Of a DNA stretch of 64,000 nucleotides, positions 20,882 to 32,433 are shown one piece after another. How positions within the stretch are numbered: the first letter of the stretch is position 1; each line of letters opens with the position of its first letter. The stretch is from Pelagibacteraceae bacterium AG-422-C23 (GTDB taxonomy: Bacteria; Pseudomonadota; Alphaproteobacteria; Pelagibacterales; Pelagibacteraceae), in the NCBI GenBank assembly GCA_003213695.1, contig QCMO01000002.1:5287-69286 (forward strand). The letters run 5' to 3'. Both the position numbers and the translations under genes were made by a program. A model generated the notes under the pieces. That model did no database searches. It was given only the letters and a program-made list of their open reading frames with translations, and was not told the origin of the DNA.

Positions 20882-22071
20882 AAAAATTAACAATATTTAT
20901 TTTTATATCATTTTTTATTTCTAATATTTCTCAAGCAGATTTCAAAAAGATAAAAAAGAAAGCAACAGTTAATCAACCAGAAATTATTTTCCCAATTCCT
21001 AAAAATCTTGACAAGTGCATTACCAATATGTACGTTAATAAAGAAAATAACCCTGTCTTACCAGTGATAAAAGTTGATGCTCCACCGGGTTATGGTCTGG
21101 ATAATAGATTTAACTTTGCTTTAAATAAATTTGAAAATTTTAAACGTCCTTGTGGTGGAGGTAGCATTGAGGCTTGTGAAAATGTAAAAAGAGTAATTTT
21201 AGATTGGGCAAAAGCAGATGCAGCTCAAAGATCAGGACCATCAGATCATGAATCAAAACATTGGAATGATACCTTAACTGTTAATCTTTACATTGCTTCA
21301 CCAATGATTGCTGGATATTCATTTGCAAAACAGAGAATTACTGTTCCTGACGAAGAAGACAAAATCATAAAAGATTGGTTTAAAAAAATTGTTAAAAAAA
21401 ATCAGCACCTTATGTATGAATTAAAAAAATACAAACAAGGCACTCAAGCAATTGGTGTTCCGAGGAGCGCACATAATCATGCGCTATCATCAGCAATTAG
21501 TCATATGCAGTTGGGTATTTTACTTAATGATAATAAATTTTTTAAAAAAGCTTTTAGAAATTATGAGAATGCAATTAGGTATCAAAGAAAAGACGGTAGT
21601 ATGCCAATTGAAACTAGAAGAGGGGGAAGGGCAATGTTTTATCAAGCAAGAGCCATGAATGCTTTATCAGTAATAGCAATTATTGCTGAAAACCAAGGCT
21701 ACTATATTTGGGATTATGAATATAAAGGAAAGAATTTTCATAATATTGTTAAATTTTTTATAGATTTTACTGAGAACAATGAAATCGTTTTTAAATACGC
21801 AAAAGAAATGAAAGCCCCAGGACCTGCGAAGAACTATAAAGTTCAAGATCTTGATAGTAGATCAAGTAGTAATTGGGGATGGCTTTATGCTTATGTAACT
21901 AGATTTCCAGATCATGAGAATGTTCAAAGATTAAAACAATGGTCTACTAATCAAAGCAATCTCAATAATTATCAAAGAAAGATAGTTATTAACTTTGAAA
22001 ATATTTTAAAAAGAAATTTTGGTACCTCATCATGGACAGTAGTAGAGCCAAAATGTCATTTTACTAGGTAG
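20878..22071 (+). CDS. Secreted alginate-lyase-family (PL5-like) protein
   Basis: Signal peptide; HNH (cf. NNH) and DGSMPIETRRGGRAMFYQ (cf. AlgL-type ELxRxxRALxYH). Confidence 0.65.
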   Translation: MKKLTIFIFISFFISNISQADFKKIKKKATVNQPEIIFPIPKNLDKCITNMYVNKENNPVLPVIKVDAPPGYGLDNRFNFALNKFENFKRPCGGGSIEACENVKRVILDWAKADAAQRSGPSDHESKHWNDTLTVNLYIASPMIAGYSFAKQRITVPDEEDKIIKDWFKKIVKKNQHLMYELKKYKQGTQAIGVPRSAHNHALSSAISHMQLGILLNDNKFFKKAFRNYENAIRYQRKDGSMPIETRRGGRAMFYQARAMNALSVIAIIAENQGYYIWDYEYKGKNFHNIVKFFIDFTENNEIVFKYAKEMKAPGPAKNYKVQDLDSRSSSNWGWLYAYVTRFPDHENVQRLKQWSTNQSNLNNYQRKIVINFENILKRNFGTSSWTVVEPKCHFTR

Positions 22072-23344
22072 TCTTAATTGTTGGTAAACAATAAAAATCA
22101 GCTGTATCTATTTTAGAAGAATACTGTCTTCTCATGTTCCACTTTTTATGAACACCTGCGCTCGCGAGACTTAAAGTAGATCTTCCGTATCTATAATTGG
22201 TATTATCAATTGATTGCATTAAACTTTTTATTTTTTCATCTTTTTCAGATGAAAATAAATTTTTTCTTCCATCATCGTTCCGTAATCCTGTTAACATAAC
22301 ACCTGCTTTTTGATAACGATAACCATTTTTAAAAATATTTTCCAAAATTGAAATTGCAGTTTTAACTGTTTCAATACTATTGTTTGTTGCAATTGGAAAA
22401 TCAATTGTTTTTGAATTTGAGTAATAACCATAATCTCTTTGAAATGGACTAGTTCTAACGAAAACTGTTATTGCTTTTGCAACTAAAGACTCTGATCTAA
22501 TTTTTTCGGATGCATTTAAACAATAGTTTGCAACTGCTTCTTTTAATTCTTGAAACTTTTCAATTCTTTTTCCAAATGATCTTGAAACAACACAACTTTT
22601 TCTTTTTGTTTGTGTAGTTTCTAAATTAATACAAGGAATTCCTCTAAGTTCCATTGCAGTTCTAGAACTCAAAACATTAGAACATTTTTTAATCCAGGTA
22701 TTAGATTTATTCTTAAGCTGTTTTGCATTATAGATTCCATTTTTTTGATAAAATTTCGTAAGTTGTCTACCAACACCCCATACATCATTAATTTCAACTT
22801 TTTCTAAAATTGGATCTAAGTTTTCTATTCCAATTAAACTTGTAACACCCGATTTTTTTTTCTTTGCAATATGATTTGCAATTTTACTTAAAGTTTTAGT
22901 TTTAGCGATACCAATACTTGTTGGAATGCCAGTCCATTGTAGAACTGTTTCTCTTATTTGTTTTCCAACTTCTTCAACTTCAGAATCTGGAAAATTAGAT
23001 AAATCTATAAATGCTTCATCAATTGAATACACTTCTATTTCTGTATTAAATCTTTTAAGAGTTCTCATTACTCTTCTAGATAAATCACCATATAAAGAAT
23101 AATTTGAAGAAAAAACTTCAACTTTATTTTTAATGATTATATCTTTTGCTTTGAAATAAGGTTCTCCCATTTTAATCCCTAAAGCTTTTGCTTCATTAGA
23201 TCTAGAAATGATACAACCATCATTATTAGATAAAACCACAACAGGTTTTTTTCTTATTCTTGGATTAAATAATCTTTCACAAGAAACATAAAAAGAATTA
23301 CAATCAACTAAAGCTAATTTTTTAGTACGTTGAATGGATGACAT
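22064..23344 (-). CDS. umuC: Y-family DNA polymerase V catalytic subunit
   Basis: DCNSFYVSCE, VLSNNDGC, SSNYSLYGD, YSIDEAF. Confidence 0.93.
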   Translation of the reverse strand: MSSIQRTKKLALVDCNSFYVSCERLFNPRIRKKPVVVLSNNDGCIISRSNEAKALGIKMGEPYFKAKDIIIKNKVEVFSSNYSLYGDLSRRVMRTLKRFNTEIEVYSIDEAFIDLSNFPDSEVEEVGKQIRETVLQWTGIPTSIGIAKTKTLSKIANHIAKKKKSGVTSLIGIENLDPILEKVEINDVWGVGRQLTKFYQKNGIYNAKQLKNKSNTWIKKCSNVLSSRTAMELRGIPCINLETTQTKRKSCVVSRSFGKRIEKFQELKEAVANYCLNASEKIRSESLVAKAITVFVRTSPFQRDYGYYSNSKTIDFPIATNNSIETVKTAISILENIFKNGYRYQKAGVMLTGLRNDDGRKNLFSSEKDEKIKSLMQSIDNTNYRYGRSTLSLASAGVHKKWNMRRQYSSKIDTADFYCLPTIKTT

Positions 23345-23717
23345 AGGTCACAACCCCCCAAATAAAAACATCTTCTTCTTCATTAATTAAAATTCTATTA
23401 GAAAAATTTTTAGATCCAGATGTTAGAAATTTTTTATCTCTTTCTTGAACTAAAGTTTTAACCACAAGCTCGTCATGAACGTTTGCAATAACTGTTGAAA
23501 AATTTTTCGGCTTTAAACTTTTATCGACAACTAATAAGTCTCCATCATTAATACCGACATCTACCATGGATTTACCTTGCACTCTGATGATAAAAGTTGC
23601 TGGAACATTTCTAATTAAATGCATGTTTAGATCGATATCTTCTTCGATATAATCAGTGGCAGGTGATGGAAAACCAGCACCAGCTTTATGTAGATAATAA
23701 GGGATAGTTAGTTTCAT
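23322..23717 (-). CDS. umuD: DNA polymerase V accessory subunit (S24 peptidase)
   Basis: AGFPSPA cleavage site, GKSM Ser, VVK Lys, IWGVV. Confidence 0.93.
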   Translation of the reverse strand: MKLTIPYYLHKAGAGFPSPATDYIEEDIDLNMHLIRNVPATFIIRVQGKSMVDVGINDGDLLVVDKSLKPKNFSTVIANVHDELVVKTLVQERDKKFLTSGSKNFSNRILINEEEDVFIWGVVTYVIHSTY

Positions 23718-23732
23718 GTTCTTATTTTGTTC
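23718..23732 (-). promoter_or_regulatory. Alphaproteobacterial LexA (SOS) box for umuDC
   Basis: GTTC-TTATTTT-GTTC matches GTTC-N7-GTTC and abuts the umuD start codon. Confidence 0.85.
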
Positions 23733-23839
23733 TCATTTATAGAACATTTATACAATGCACGCAAGAGGTTGTATTTTGAGTCTGTAACTGAATCAAAAGT
23801 GAATCAAAACGTGAACATCGAAACTACATTTTGTATGCT

Positions 23840-23848
23840 TGTGGATAA
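23840..23848 (-). promoter_or_regulatory. Perfect DnaA box
   Basis: TGTGGATAA (TTATCCACA on minus strand) in the umuD/GFA intergenic region; single copy. Confidence 0.45.
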
Positions 23849-23897
23849 CTTCAACCAGAGATAGTTTCAGGTAAAGATAAAAGATATAAGAAATAAA

Positions 23898-24260
23898 ATG
23901 AAAAAACTTATATGCCATTGTGGAGTTGTAGAGGCAGAAATTAATTTAGATGGAGATTTAGCTAAAGTAATTAAATGTAATTGTTCTATATGTAAAAGAA
24001 AAGGAGCGATTATGTCGATGGTAAAAAATGAAGATTTTAAAGTTACCAAAGGTGAAGATAAATTAACTCTTTATCAATTCCATTCAAAAGTGGCTAAACA
24101 TTATTTTTGTTCAGTTTGTGGAATTTATACTCATCACAATCCAAGAGCCAATCCTGCAATGACAGGATTTAATGTTGGCTGTATTGATGAAGTAAATACT
24201 TTTGATATAAAAGAAGTTCCAGTAAACGATGGTCAAAATCACCCGTTAGATAAAAAATAA
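23898..24260 (+). CDS. GFA/CENP-V family Zn-binding protein
   Basis: CHCG, CNCSICKR, HYFCSVCG. Confidence 0.9.
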   Translation: MKKLICHCGVVEAEINLDGDLAKVIKCNCSICKRKGAIMSMVKNEDFKVTKGEDKLTLYQFHSKVAKHYFCSVCGIYTHHNPRANPAMTGFNVGCIDEVNTFDIKEVPVNDGQNHPLDKK

Positions 24261-24265
24261 TTTTC

Positions 24266-25189
24266 ATGCAACAATTTAGTTTATGTTTTGGAAAAGTAAA
24301 AAAAGATTGTTTAAAGTTTATTAAATCTCAAGAAACAAAAGCTGACAAATTTAAGAATAAAGAAAGAATGATTAAATCTTTCTTAATTCCATTGTGTTTC
24401 TGGATAAGTAAAAAAGCTGATAAAAAAAAACCTTATTTTGTAGGTTTAGCAGGTGGTCAAGGTACTGGAAAAACTACAATAAGTTCTTTAATCAGAATTA
24501 TTTTGACTAAATATTTTAAGTTAAATGTTTTTAGGATTTCAATAGATGACTTTTATAAAACGAGAAAAGAGAGAATAAGCCTTTCAAAAAGGGTTCATCC
24601 TATGCTCTTAACAAGAGGAGTTCCTGGAACACACGATATAAATATGATGTTAAATTTTTTTAGAAAGTCAAAAAGTAAGAAATTCAAAAGATTAAAATTA
24701 CCAACATTTAATAAAGCTATCGATGATAGGTTTAACAAAAAAAGATGGTATGATTTGAAGAAGAGACCAGATGTTATTATTTTTGAAGGATGGTGTGTTG
24801 GTGCAAAATCAGAAGAAAATATTACTTTAAAGAAAACAATTAATTCATTAGAAAAAGCAAAAGATCAAAAACAGATTTGGAGAAAATATGTAAACTATCA
24901 ATTAAAATCAAAGTACAAAAAATTATTTTCACAATTAAATTGTTTAATATATCTAAAAGCAAAAAATTTTAGTTTGTTACAAAAATGGAGATTAAAACAA
25001 GAGAGGAAACTTTGGATAAAAAGTAAAGTGAAATCAAAAATAATGAGTAGAGGAGATGTATTAAATTTTATGCAAACTTATCAAAGAATTACTCAAAATA
25101 TGTTTAGAAAGATGCCCAAATATGCATCAGTCATATTCAATTTAAATAGTAACCATCAAATAAAATCTGCGGTATATAGAAGAAGATGA
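24266..25189 (+). CDS. P-loop kinase (uridine/glycerate kinase-like)
   Basis: GGQGTGKTT, SIDDFY, TRGVPGTHD, FEGWCVG. Confidence 0.8.
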   Translation: MQQFSLCFGKVKKDCLKFIKSQETKADKFKNKERMIKSFLIPLCFWISKKADKKKPYFVGLAGGQGTGKTTISSLIRIILTKYFKLNVFRISIDDFYKTRKERISLSKRVHPMLLTRGVPGTHDINMMLNFFRKSKSKKFKRLKLPTFNKAIDDRFNKKRWYDLKKRPDVIIFEGWCVGAKSEENITLKKTINSLEKAKDQKQIWRKYVNYQLKSKYKKLFSQLNCLIYLKAKNFSLLQKWRLKQERKLWIKSKVKSKIMSRGDVLNFMQTYQRITQNMFRKMPKYASVIFNLNSNHQIKSAVYRRR

Positions 25190-26481
25190 AAAAATTTCTG
25201 ATTATAATTTTTAGTTATTTATTTTTAACTGCTTATGCAAATGCTGAAACTTTTTTAGCAGCATTAAAAAAAGCATATAAAAACAATCCTGAATTAAATG
25301 CTGAAAGAGAAAGTTTAAACATATCAGAACAAGATTTAAAAATTTCAAAGGGTTCTTATTTACCAACGGTAACTTTGAGTGGAAGTAAAAGCCAAGAAGA
25401 AACTGATAAATTAACTAATCGAGATGGTACAAATGCTACTATCACCAATGTAGATCCAACGACTAAATCGATAACAGTTACACAAACTTTGATAGATTTT
25501 GGAAGAGGAGCTGAATTAGCGAAAAGTAAAATTGGAATAAATCTAGCAAAAACGAAATTGTTAAAAAAAGAGCAAGAAATTATTTATAAATCAATCGAAG
25601 CATATACTGGATTGGTTAGTGCTAATGAAAAACTAAAAATTAATGAGTCTAATGTAAATTTGCTAGATAGACAGGTTGAAACAGACAGAATAAGACTTGA
25701 AAGAGGAAATATTTCTCTTTCAGATGTTGCCCAGTCAGAGTCATCATTAGCGGGAGCTCAAGCGAAATTAATTCAAGCAGAAAATGACTTCTTAACTAGC
25801 AAGCTAAATTATGAAAATGTTATTGGAGCTTTAAATGATCCCAATTTATTAGATAAGTCATCTATAATTGAAGTGAGGTTACCACTTGAATTAAATTCAG
25901 CAATTGAATTATCAAAAAAAAATAATCCTGATTTGATAATAACCAAATTGGAATATGAACAATCAAAAAAAGATACAACTAGTGCTAAATCTGATTTAGC
26001 ACCATCAGCAACTTTATCATTTGATAGATCACAAACTGATGATTTAAGCTCTACTTATGATGAACGAGAAAAAGAAACACTTACAGCTACAATTACTTGG
26101 CCATTTTACTCAGGTGGAAAAAATGTAGCATCATTAAAAAAAAATAAAAGTATCGAATTACAGAAAAATTTACTTCTTGATAATATGATAAAAAAAAATC
26201 AAACTGAAGTCGCAAGCGCTTGGTCAAATTATCAATCCAATAAAAGCTTATTAGACTCAGTTCGCGCCCAAGTGAATGCTGCTGAAATTGCAAACGAAGG
26301 AATTGTTGCAGAATATAATAGTGGATCTGATAGAACTACCCTAGAAGTCATTCAATCCAATTCTTTATTGTTAAATGCTCAAATTTCATTAGCTGATTCT
26401 GAAAGAAACTACGTTCTCTCACAATTTAATCTTCTTAAGTCAGTAGGGTTACTCACTAGTGATTATCTAAAAATCAAATAA
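25186..26481 (+). CDS. TolC-family outer membrane protein
   Basis: Signal peptide; NNPEL, SYLPTV, PFYSGG, Y..G..RTTLEV. Confidence 0.87.
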   Translation: MKKFLIIIFSYLFLTAYANAETFLAALKKAYKNNPELNAERESLNISEQDLKISKGSYLPTVTLSGSKSQEETDKLTNRDGTNATITNVDPTTKSITVTQTLIDFGRGAELAKSKIGINLAKTKLLKKEQEIIYKSIEAYTGLVSANEKLKINESNVNLLDRQVETDRIRLERGNISLSDVAQSESSLAGAQAKLIQAENDFLTSKLNYENVIGALNDPNLLDKSSIIEVRLPLELNSAIELSKKNNPDLIITKLEYEQSKKDTTSAKSDLAPSATLSFDRSQTDDLSSTYDEREKETLTATITWPFYSGGKNVASLKKNKSIELQKNLLLDNMIKKNQTEVASAWSNYQSNKSLLDSVRAQVNAAEIANEGIVAEYNSGSDRTTLEVIQSNSLLLNAQISLADSERNYVLSQFNLLKSVGLLTSDYLKIK

Positions 26482-26514
26482 TTATTACCTTTTTTAACCT
26501 AAAATAAATAAATC

Positions 26515-26542
26515 TTGCCAATGAGAACAAAATGTGTACATT
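26515..26542 (+). promoter_or_regulatory. recA promoter with overlapping LexA box
   Basis: TTGCCA-N16-TACATT overlapped by GAAC-AAAATGT-GTAC (26525-26539). Confidence 0.75.
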
Positions 26543-26589
26543 TATTTTTATGATTCGAGTGTTAAAAAAATTAAAAAATGAGGCTAAAA

Positions 26590-27738
26590 ATGACAAAAAG
26601 TAACTTAAAAGTAGTTAAATCTACTAAAGATCAAGAAATGGACATCAAAGAGAAAAATAAAGCATTAGATGCAGCTATCAATCAAATAACTGATAATTTT
26701 GGAAAAGGTTCAGTTATGAAGCTAGGTGAGAAGAGAGCAATGGATATCGAGTCGATATCTACAGGATCTTTAAGCTTAGATTTAGCTTTAGGAATAGGTG
26801 GTTTACCTAAAGGAAGAATTATTGAGGTGTATGGACCAGAGTCATCTGGAAAAACAACATTAGCATTACAAGTTGTTGCTGAAGCTCAAAAGGCTGGTGG
26901 AATTTGTGCCTTCGTTGATGCTGAACATGCTTTAGATCCAGTTTATGCAAAAAAATTAGGAGTGAACACAGAAGAGCTTTTAATCTCTCAACCAGACGCT
27001 GGTGAACAAGCTCTAGAAATAGCAGATACACTAGTAAAATCAGGGTCTATTTCAGTTATCGTAATTGACTCAGTTGCTGCATTAACTCCAAAAGCTGAAA
27101 TTGAAGGTGAAATGGGTGATCACCATGTTGGTCTTCAATCAAGATTAATGAGTCAGGCATTAAGAAAATTAACTGGTTCAATTTCAAATACAAATACAAT
27201 GATGATTTTCATTAACCAAATTAGAATGAAAATTGGAGTTATGTTTGGAAGTCCTGAAACAACATCAGGTGGAAATGCACTTAAGTTTTATTCATCTGTA
27301 AGAATGGACATTAGAAGAATTGGTGCCATCAAAGATAAAGATGAAATTATTGGTAACTCTACAAGAGTGAAAGTAGTTAAGAATAAAGTTGCTCCACCAT
27401 TTAAAGTTGTTGAATTTGACTTGATGTATGGAAAAGGAATTAGCAAAATGGGTGAGTTAGTAGACCTAGGAGCTAAAGCCGACATTATTGAAAAATCAGG
27501 AGCATGGTATGCTTATAAAGGAGAGAAAATAGGACAAGGTAGAGAAAATGCTAAAGTTTATTTAGCTCAAAACCCACAAGTTGCTGCAGAAATAGAAATG
27601 GCAATAAGGGAAAAAGCAGGTGTGATTTCTAAAAAAATTGAAGGAAATCCTTTAAGTCCTGAAAAAATTGAAAAAGAGAAGAAAGTAGCTGAAAAAGAAG
27701 AAGCAGATAAAGAAGCTACTCCTCCTAAAAAGAACTAG
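26590..27738 (+). CDS. recA: Recombinase RecA
   Basis: [45 protein letters not shown]. Confidence 0.98.
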   Translation: MTKSNLKVVKSTKDQEMDIKEKNKALDAAINQITDNFGKGSVMKLGEKRAMDIESISTGSLSLDLALGIGGLPKGRIIEVYGPESSGKTTLALQVVAEAQKAGGICAFVDAEHALDPVYAKKLGVNTEELLISQPDAGEQALEIADTLVKSGSISVIVIDSVAALTPKAEIEGEMGDHHVGLQSRLMSQALRKLTGSISNTNTMMIFINQIRMKIGVMFGSPETTSGGNALKFYSSVRMDIRRIGAIKDKDEIIGNSTRVKVVKNKVAPPFKVVEFDLMYGKGISKMGELVDLGAKADIIEKSGAWYAYKGEKIGQGRENAKVYLAQNPQVAAEIEMAIREKAGVISKKIEGNPLSPEKIEKEKKVAEKEEADKEATPPKKN

Positions 27739-27761
27739 AATTAAAGGTCATCTTTAAATTA

Positions 27762-27788
27762 TAAAGGCGCTTATTTTAAGCGCCTTTA
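27762..27788 (+). terminator. Hairpin after recA
   Basis: TAAAGGCGCTTA-TTT-TAAGCGCCTTTA. Confidence 0.7.
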
Positions 27789-27838
27789 CCCCCTTAGCAC
27801 CACCTAGACATAGAACGAAAAAGCTGTATTTTAAAAAT

Positions 27839-30505
27839 ATGGCTCAAAAATCATTAAATCAGATAAGAGAAACATTCTTAAAATACTTTGAGAAAAATGA
27901 CCATAAGATCGTAGAGTCTAGTAATTTAGTGCCAAACAATGACCCAACACTAATGTTTGCGAATTCTGGAATGGTTCAGTTTAAAAATGTATTTACTGGA
28001 CTAGAAAAAAGAGATTATCAAAAAGCAACAACTTCACAAAAATGTGTAAGAGCTGGTGGAAAACACAATGATTTAGAAAATGTTGGATATACACCACGAC
28101 ACCATACTTTTTTTGAGATGTTAGGAAATTTTTCTTTTGGTGATTATTTTAAGGAAAAAGCAATTCATTATGCTTGGGATTTGATTACAAAAGATTTTGG
28201 TATAGATAAAAATAGACTTTATGTGACAGTTTTTCATGAAGATGATGAAGCATTTAATTTTTGGAAGAAAATAGCTGGTCTAAGTGACGATAGAATAATA
28301 AGAATTTCAACATCAGATAACTTTTGGTCTATGGGTGAAACAGGGCCCTGCGGCCCATGTTCAGAAATCTTTTATGATCATGGAGATCATTTAAAGGGTG
28401 GTTTACCTGGAAGTAAAGATGAAGATGGGGATAGATTTATTGAAATTTGGAACCTTGTTTTCATGCAATATGAACAAGTAACCAAAGATGAAAGAATTAA
28501 TCTTCCAAAACCTTCAGTAGATACTGGAATGGGCCTAGAAAGAATAGCAGCTTTACTTCAAGGTACACATGACAATTATGAAACAGATCATTTCAAAAAA
28601 TTAATTCAATCAACATCAGATATTGTTAAAAAAAAACCAGATGAAAAAAATCTTTCAAGTTTTAGAGTTATTGCAGATCATTTAAGAGCAAGTTCTTTTT
28701 TGATTGCTGAAGGAGTTTTGCCGTCAAATGAAGGACGAGGATATGTTCTTAGAAGAATCATGAGAAGAGGCATGAGACACTCTCATTTACTTGGATCAAA
28801 AGAGCCTGTTTTTTATAATTTGTTTGAAACACTTAAAAATGAAATGTCAGGTAATTATCCAGAATTAAAAAGAGCTGAATCTTTAATTAAAGAAACATTA
28901 AAAATGGAAGAGGAGAAATTTTTAGTTTTATTAGATCGAGGAATTAAAATTTTAAATGATGAAATATCAAAAATAGACAAAGTACTTCCAGGAGATGTGG
29001 CTTTCAAATTATATGATACTTATGGTTTCCCATTAGATCTTACTGAGGATATTTTAAGAAATAAATCTCTATCAATTGATACTAAAAAATTTCAATCTTT
29101 GATGAAAGAAAGTAGAGAGCTAGCAAAGAAAAACTGGAAAGGTTCTGGAGATTCTGCAGTTGAAGATATTTGGTTTGGTATAAGAGATAGATTGGGTGCT
29201 ACAGAATTTTTAGGCTATGAAACAAATCAAGCTGAGGGGGTCATCATATCTTTACTTAAAGACAATAAAGAAATCAAAGAATTGAAATCGAATGATGAAG
29301 GCATGATTATAACAAATCAAACTCCTTTTTATGGAGAGTCAGGTGGTCAAGTTGGTGATAATGGAGAAATTATTTCTGGAGATTTTAAGTTTGAAGTCAC
29401 TGATGTTCAGAAAAAATTAGGAGATCTTTTTGTTCATTACGGAAAAGTAATTAGTGGTTCAATCAAGTTGAATGAAAATGTCGAACTGAAAATAAATGAA
29501 AAAAGAAGAAATGATACAAGAGCGTATCACTCAGCTACTCATTTATTACATGAATCATTAAGAAGAGTTTTGGGAACACATGTTACCCAAAAAGGTTCAT
29601 TGGTAGAACCTAGTAGATTAAGATTTGACTTTAGTCACATGAAACCTATTTCGAATGAGGAAGTTGAAAAAATAGAGAGCTTTGTTAATTCAATGGTTGC
29701 AAAAAAAACAGACGTAAGAACTAGATTAATGACACCGGATGAGGCTGTTGAAGATGGTGCATTAGCATTATTTGGTGAAAAATATGGCGAAGAAGTTAGA
29801 GTTCTTTCAATGGGTGATGATAATGGAAAGTATTTTTCTACAGAATTATGTGGGGGAACCCATGTTAAAAATACTGGAGATATAGGTAAATTTAAAATAG
29901 TAAGCCAATCCTCGATTGCAGCAGGTGTAAGAAGAATAGAGGCTTTAAGAGATAAACAATTAGATGATTTTTTAAAAAATAAAGAAAAATTATCAAATCT
30001 ATCTTTAGAAAAAAATGATGAAGTTATTAAAGATTTATCTAAACAGATAATTGATTTAGGAGGTAAACCATCTTTAGATCAATCTGATCAAAAATTATTA
30101 ATTAAAAATTTAACTAAACAGCTCGATACTTTATTAGTAAAATCAATTCTTAATGATAAAACAAAAAATAAGATTAATGATGAAGAAATAAAAGGAGTAA
30201 AAATAAGATTTCAAAGCGTTGAGGATCTTCCACCAAAAGAATTAAGAAAATTAGTTGACGATGGTAAAAAAGAGTTAGGTGAAGGTATAGTTATTGTTTT
30301 TGCTAGCAAAGATGACAAAGTAGGAGTTGCTGTTGGTATAACGAGTAAATTAATTGAAAAATATGATGCAGTAAAGTTTGTAAAAATAAGCTCTGAAATT
30401 ATTGGTGGTCAAGGTGGTGGCGGTAGAAAAGACTTTGCTCAAGCTGGTGGTCAAGATCAGAGTAAAATTAATGAGGCTTTTAAAAAAATTAAGTCTTTAA
30501 TTTAA
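27839..30505 (+). CDS. alaS: Alanine-tRNA ligase
   Basis: [24 protein letters not shown] editing motif, ELCGGTH, GGGGR. Confidence 0.98.
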   Translation: MAQKSLNQIRETFLKYFEKNDHKIVESSNLVPNNDPTLMFANSGMVQFKNVFTGLEKRDYQKATTSQKCVRAGGKHNDLENVGYTPRHHTFFEMLGNFSFGDYFKEKAIHYAWDLITKDFGIDKNRLYVTVFHEDDEAFNFWKKIAGLSDDRIIRISTSDNFWSMGETGPCGPCSEIFYDHGDHLKGGLPGSKDEDGDRFIEIWNLVFMQYEQVTKDERINLPKPSVDTGMGLERIAALLQGTHDNYETDHFKKLIQSTSDIVKKKPDEKNLSSFRVIADHLRASSFLIAEGVLPSNEGRGYVLRRIMRRGMRHSHLLGSKEPVFYNLFETLKNEMSGNYPELKRAESLIKETLKMEEEKFLVLLDRGIKILNDEISKIDKVLPGDVAFKLYDTYGFPLDLTEDILRNKSLSIDTKKFQSLMKESRELAKKNWKGSGDSAVEDIWFGIRDRLGATEFLGYETNQAEGVIISLLKDNKEIKELKSNDEGMIITNQTPFYGESGGQVGDNGEIISGDFKFEVTDVQKKLGDLFVHYGKVISGSIKLNENVELKINEKRRNDTRAYHSATHLLHESLRRVLGTHVTQKGSLVEPSRLRFDFSHMKPISNEEVEKIESFVNSMVAKKTDVRTRLMTPDEAVEDGALALFGEKYGEEVRVLSMGDDNGKYFSTELCGGTHVKNTGDIGKFKIVSQSSIAAGVRRIEALRDKQLDDFLKNKEKLSNLSLEKNDEVIKDLSKQIIDLGGKPSLDQSDQKLLIKNLTKQLDTLLVKSILNDKTKNKINDEEIKGVKIRFQSVEDLPPKELRKLVDDGKKELGEGIVIVFASKDDKVGVAVGITSKLIEKYDAVKFVKISSEIIGGQGGGGRKDFAQAGGQDQSKINEAFKKIKSLI

Positions 30506-31711
30506 TTTTTTTTTTAGATTTTTATCAATTACATCTAAAAATTGATTTGTAGTTAGATATTTACTTGAAGGTCCAATTAATATTGCAAGATCTTTAGTCA
30601 TAAACCCTGACTCAACACATTCAATACAGACTTGTTCAATTATATTAGCAAATTTAATAAGCTCTTCATTTCCATCTAATTTACCTCTATGAGCCAACCC
30701 CCTTGTCCATGCAAATATTGATGCTATAGGATTTGTAGAAGTTTCCTTACCTTCTTGATGCATTCTATAGTGTCTGGTAACAGTCCCATGAGCGGCTTCC
30801 GCTTCCATTATCTTTCCATCAGGAGTTAATAATGTACTGGTCATTAAACCTAATGAGCCGTAACCTTGTGCCATTGTATCAGACTGAACATCACCATCAT
30901 AATTTTTACATGCCCAAATATATTTTCCACTCCATTTCATTGCGCATGCAACCATGTCATCAATTAATCTGTGTTCATAAGTAATTTTAGCATCCTCAAA
31001 TTTATTCTTAAATTCATTATTAAACACTTCTTCAAAAATATCTTTAAATCTACCATCATATTTTTTTAGAATTGTATTTTTAGTAGATAGATAGACTGGC
31101 CACTTTTTAATTAGCCCATAACTAAAACAAGATCTTGCAAAATCTTCAATTGATTTGTCAAGGTTATACATTGAAAGAGCTATGCCTGGGCCAGTAAAAT
31201 TAAAAACTTCATATTTAATCTCATCTTTTCCATCTTCAGAGGTCCATTTCACCTCCATTTTTCCTTTACCAGGAACTTTAAAATCTGTCGCTCTATATTG
31301 ATCACCAAAAGCATGCCTTCCAATTACAACAGGATCAGACCAAGAAGGAACAAGTTTTGGAATATTTTTACAAATAATTGGTTCTCTAAATACTGTTCCA
31401 CCAATAATATTTCTTATAGTTCCATTAGGAGATCTCCACATTTTTTTTAAATTGAACTCTTCAACACGAGCCTCATCAGGAGTAATAGTTGCACATTTGA
31501 TACCTACACCAATTTTTTTTATGGCATTAGCTGAATCAATTGTAATTTGATCATCTGTATTATCTCTACTTTTCATACCTAAGTCATAGTATTCGATACC
31601 AATATCCAGATATGGAAGGATCAATTTATTTTTTATAAATTCCCAGATTATTCTGGTCATTTCATCGCCATCTAACTCTACAATCGGGTTTTTTACGGTA
31701 ATTTTGCTCAC
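30497..31711 (-). CDS. icd: NADP-dependent isocitrate dehydrogenase
   Basis: [38 protein letters not shown]. Confidence 0.97.
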   Translation of the reverse strand: MSKITVKNPIVELDGDEMTRIIWEFIKNKLILPYLDIGIEYYDLGMKSRDNTDDQITIDSANAIKKIGVGIKCATITPDEARVEEFNLKKMWRSPNGTIRNIIGGTVFREPIICKNIPKLVPSWSDPVVIGRHAFGDQYRATDFKVPGKGKMEVKWTSEDGKDEIKYEVFNFTGPGIALSMYNLDKSIEDFARSCFSYGLIKKWPVYLSTKNTILKKYDGRFKDIFEEVFNNEFKNKFEDAKITYEHRLIDDMVACAMKWSGKYIWACKNYDGDVQSDTMAQGYGSLGLMTSTLLTPDGKIMEAEAAHGTVTRHYRMHQEGKETSTNPIASIFAWTRGLAHRGKLDGNEELIKFANIIEQVCIECVESGFMTKDLAILIGPSSKYLTTNQFLDVIDKNLKKKLN

Positions 31712-31784
31712 TTATATTTTATCTTATTAATTGAATTTCGCGATTTTATATACATATTAATGAAAAATTATCAAATAGAAGAAT

Positions 31785-32432
31785 ATGTTTAGTAAAATAT
31801 TTCCGAAAATTCACGCAGAGGGATACAAGTTTTTAGTGATAGCAGCAATTATTACTATTGTGCTTTATAGTTTAAGTGATTTTTTAGGCTTAATAGGTTT
31901 TGTTTTAACTATATGGGTTTACTATTTCTTTCGTGATCCTGAGAGAGTTATCATAGAAGATAATAATTATCTTGTAAGTCCAGCGGATGGGGAGGTTATT
32001 AAAGTTGAAGAAGTTGATGGCCCAAAAGAACTTGGACTAGAAAATAAAAGATTTAAAAAAATAAGTGTATTTATGAATATTTTTGATTGTCACGTCAATA
32101 GAACTCCTTGTGCTGGCAAGATAGAAGAAATTTTATACAAACCAGGAAAATTTTTTAATGCCTCACTCGATAAAGCAAGTGAAGATAATGAGAGAAATTA
32201 TTTTAAAATTAAAGATCCTCACAACAATGATGTTGTTGTAGTTCAAATAGCTGGCCTTGTTGCTCGAAGAATTGTTTGTGAGTCTAATAAAGATCAAGAG
32301 CTACTTCAGGGAGATAGAATAGGAATGATTAGATTTGGAAGTCGAGCAGATATATATTATGAAAATTATGAACCACTAGTAAAAGTTGGTCAAAAAGCGA
32401 TTTCAGGAGAAACATTATTAGCTAAAAGATAA
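31785..32432 (+). CDS. psd: Phosphatidylserine decarboxylase
   Basis: FFRDPER, SPADG, HVNR, RFGSR cleavage motif. Confidence 0.93.
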   Translation: MFSKIFPKIHAEGYKFLVIAAIITIVLYSLSDFLGLIGFVLTIWVYYFFRDPERVIIEDNNYLVSPADGEVIKVEEVDGPKELGLENKRFKKISVFMNIFDCHVNRTPCAGKIEEILYKPGKFFNASLDKASEDNERNYFKIKDPHNNDVVVVQIAGLVARRIVCESNKDQELLQGDRIGMIRFGSRADIYYENYEPLVKVGQKAISGETLLAKR

Positions 32433-32433
32433 A

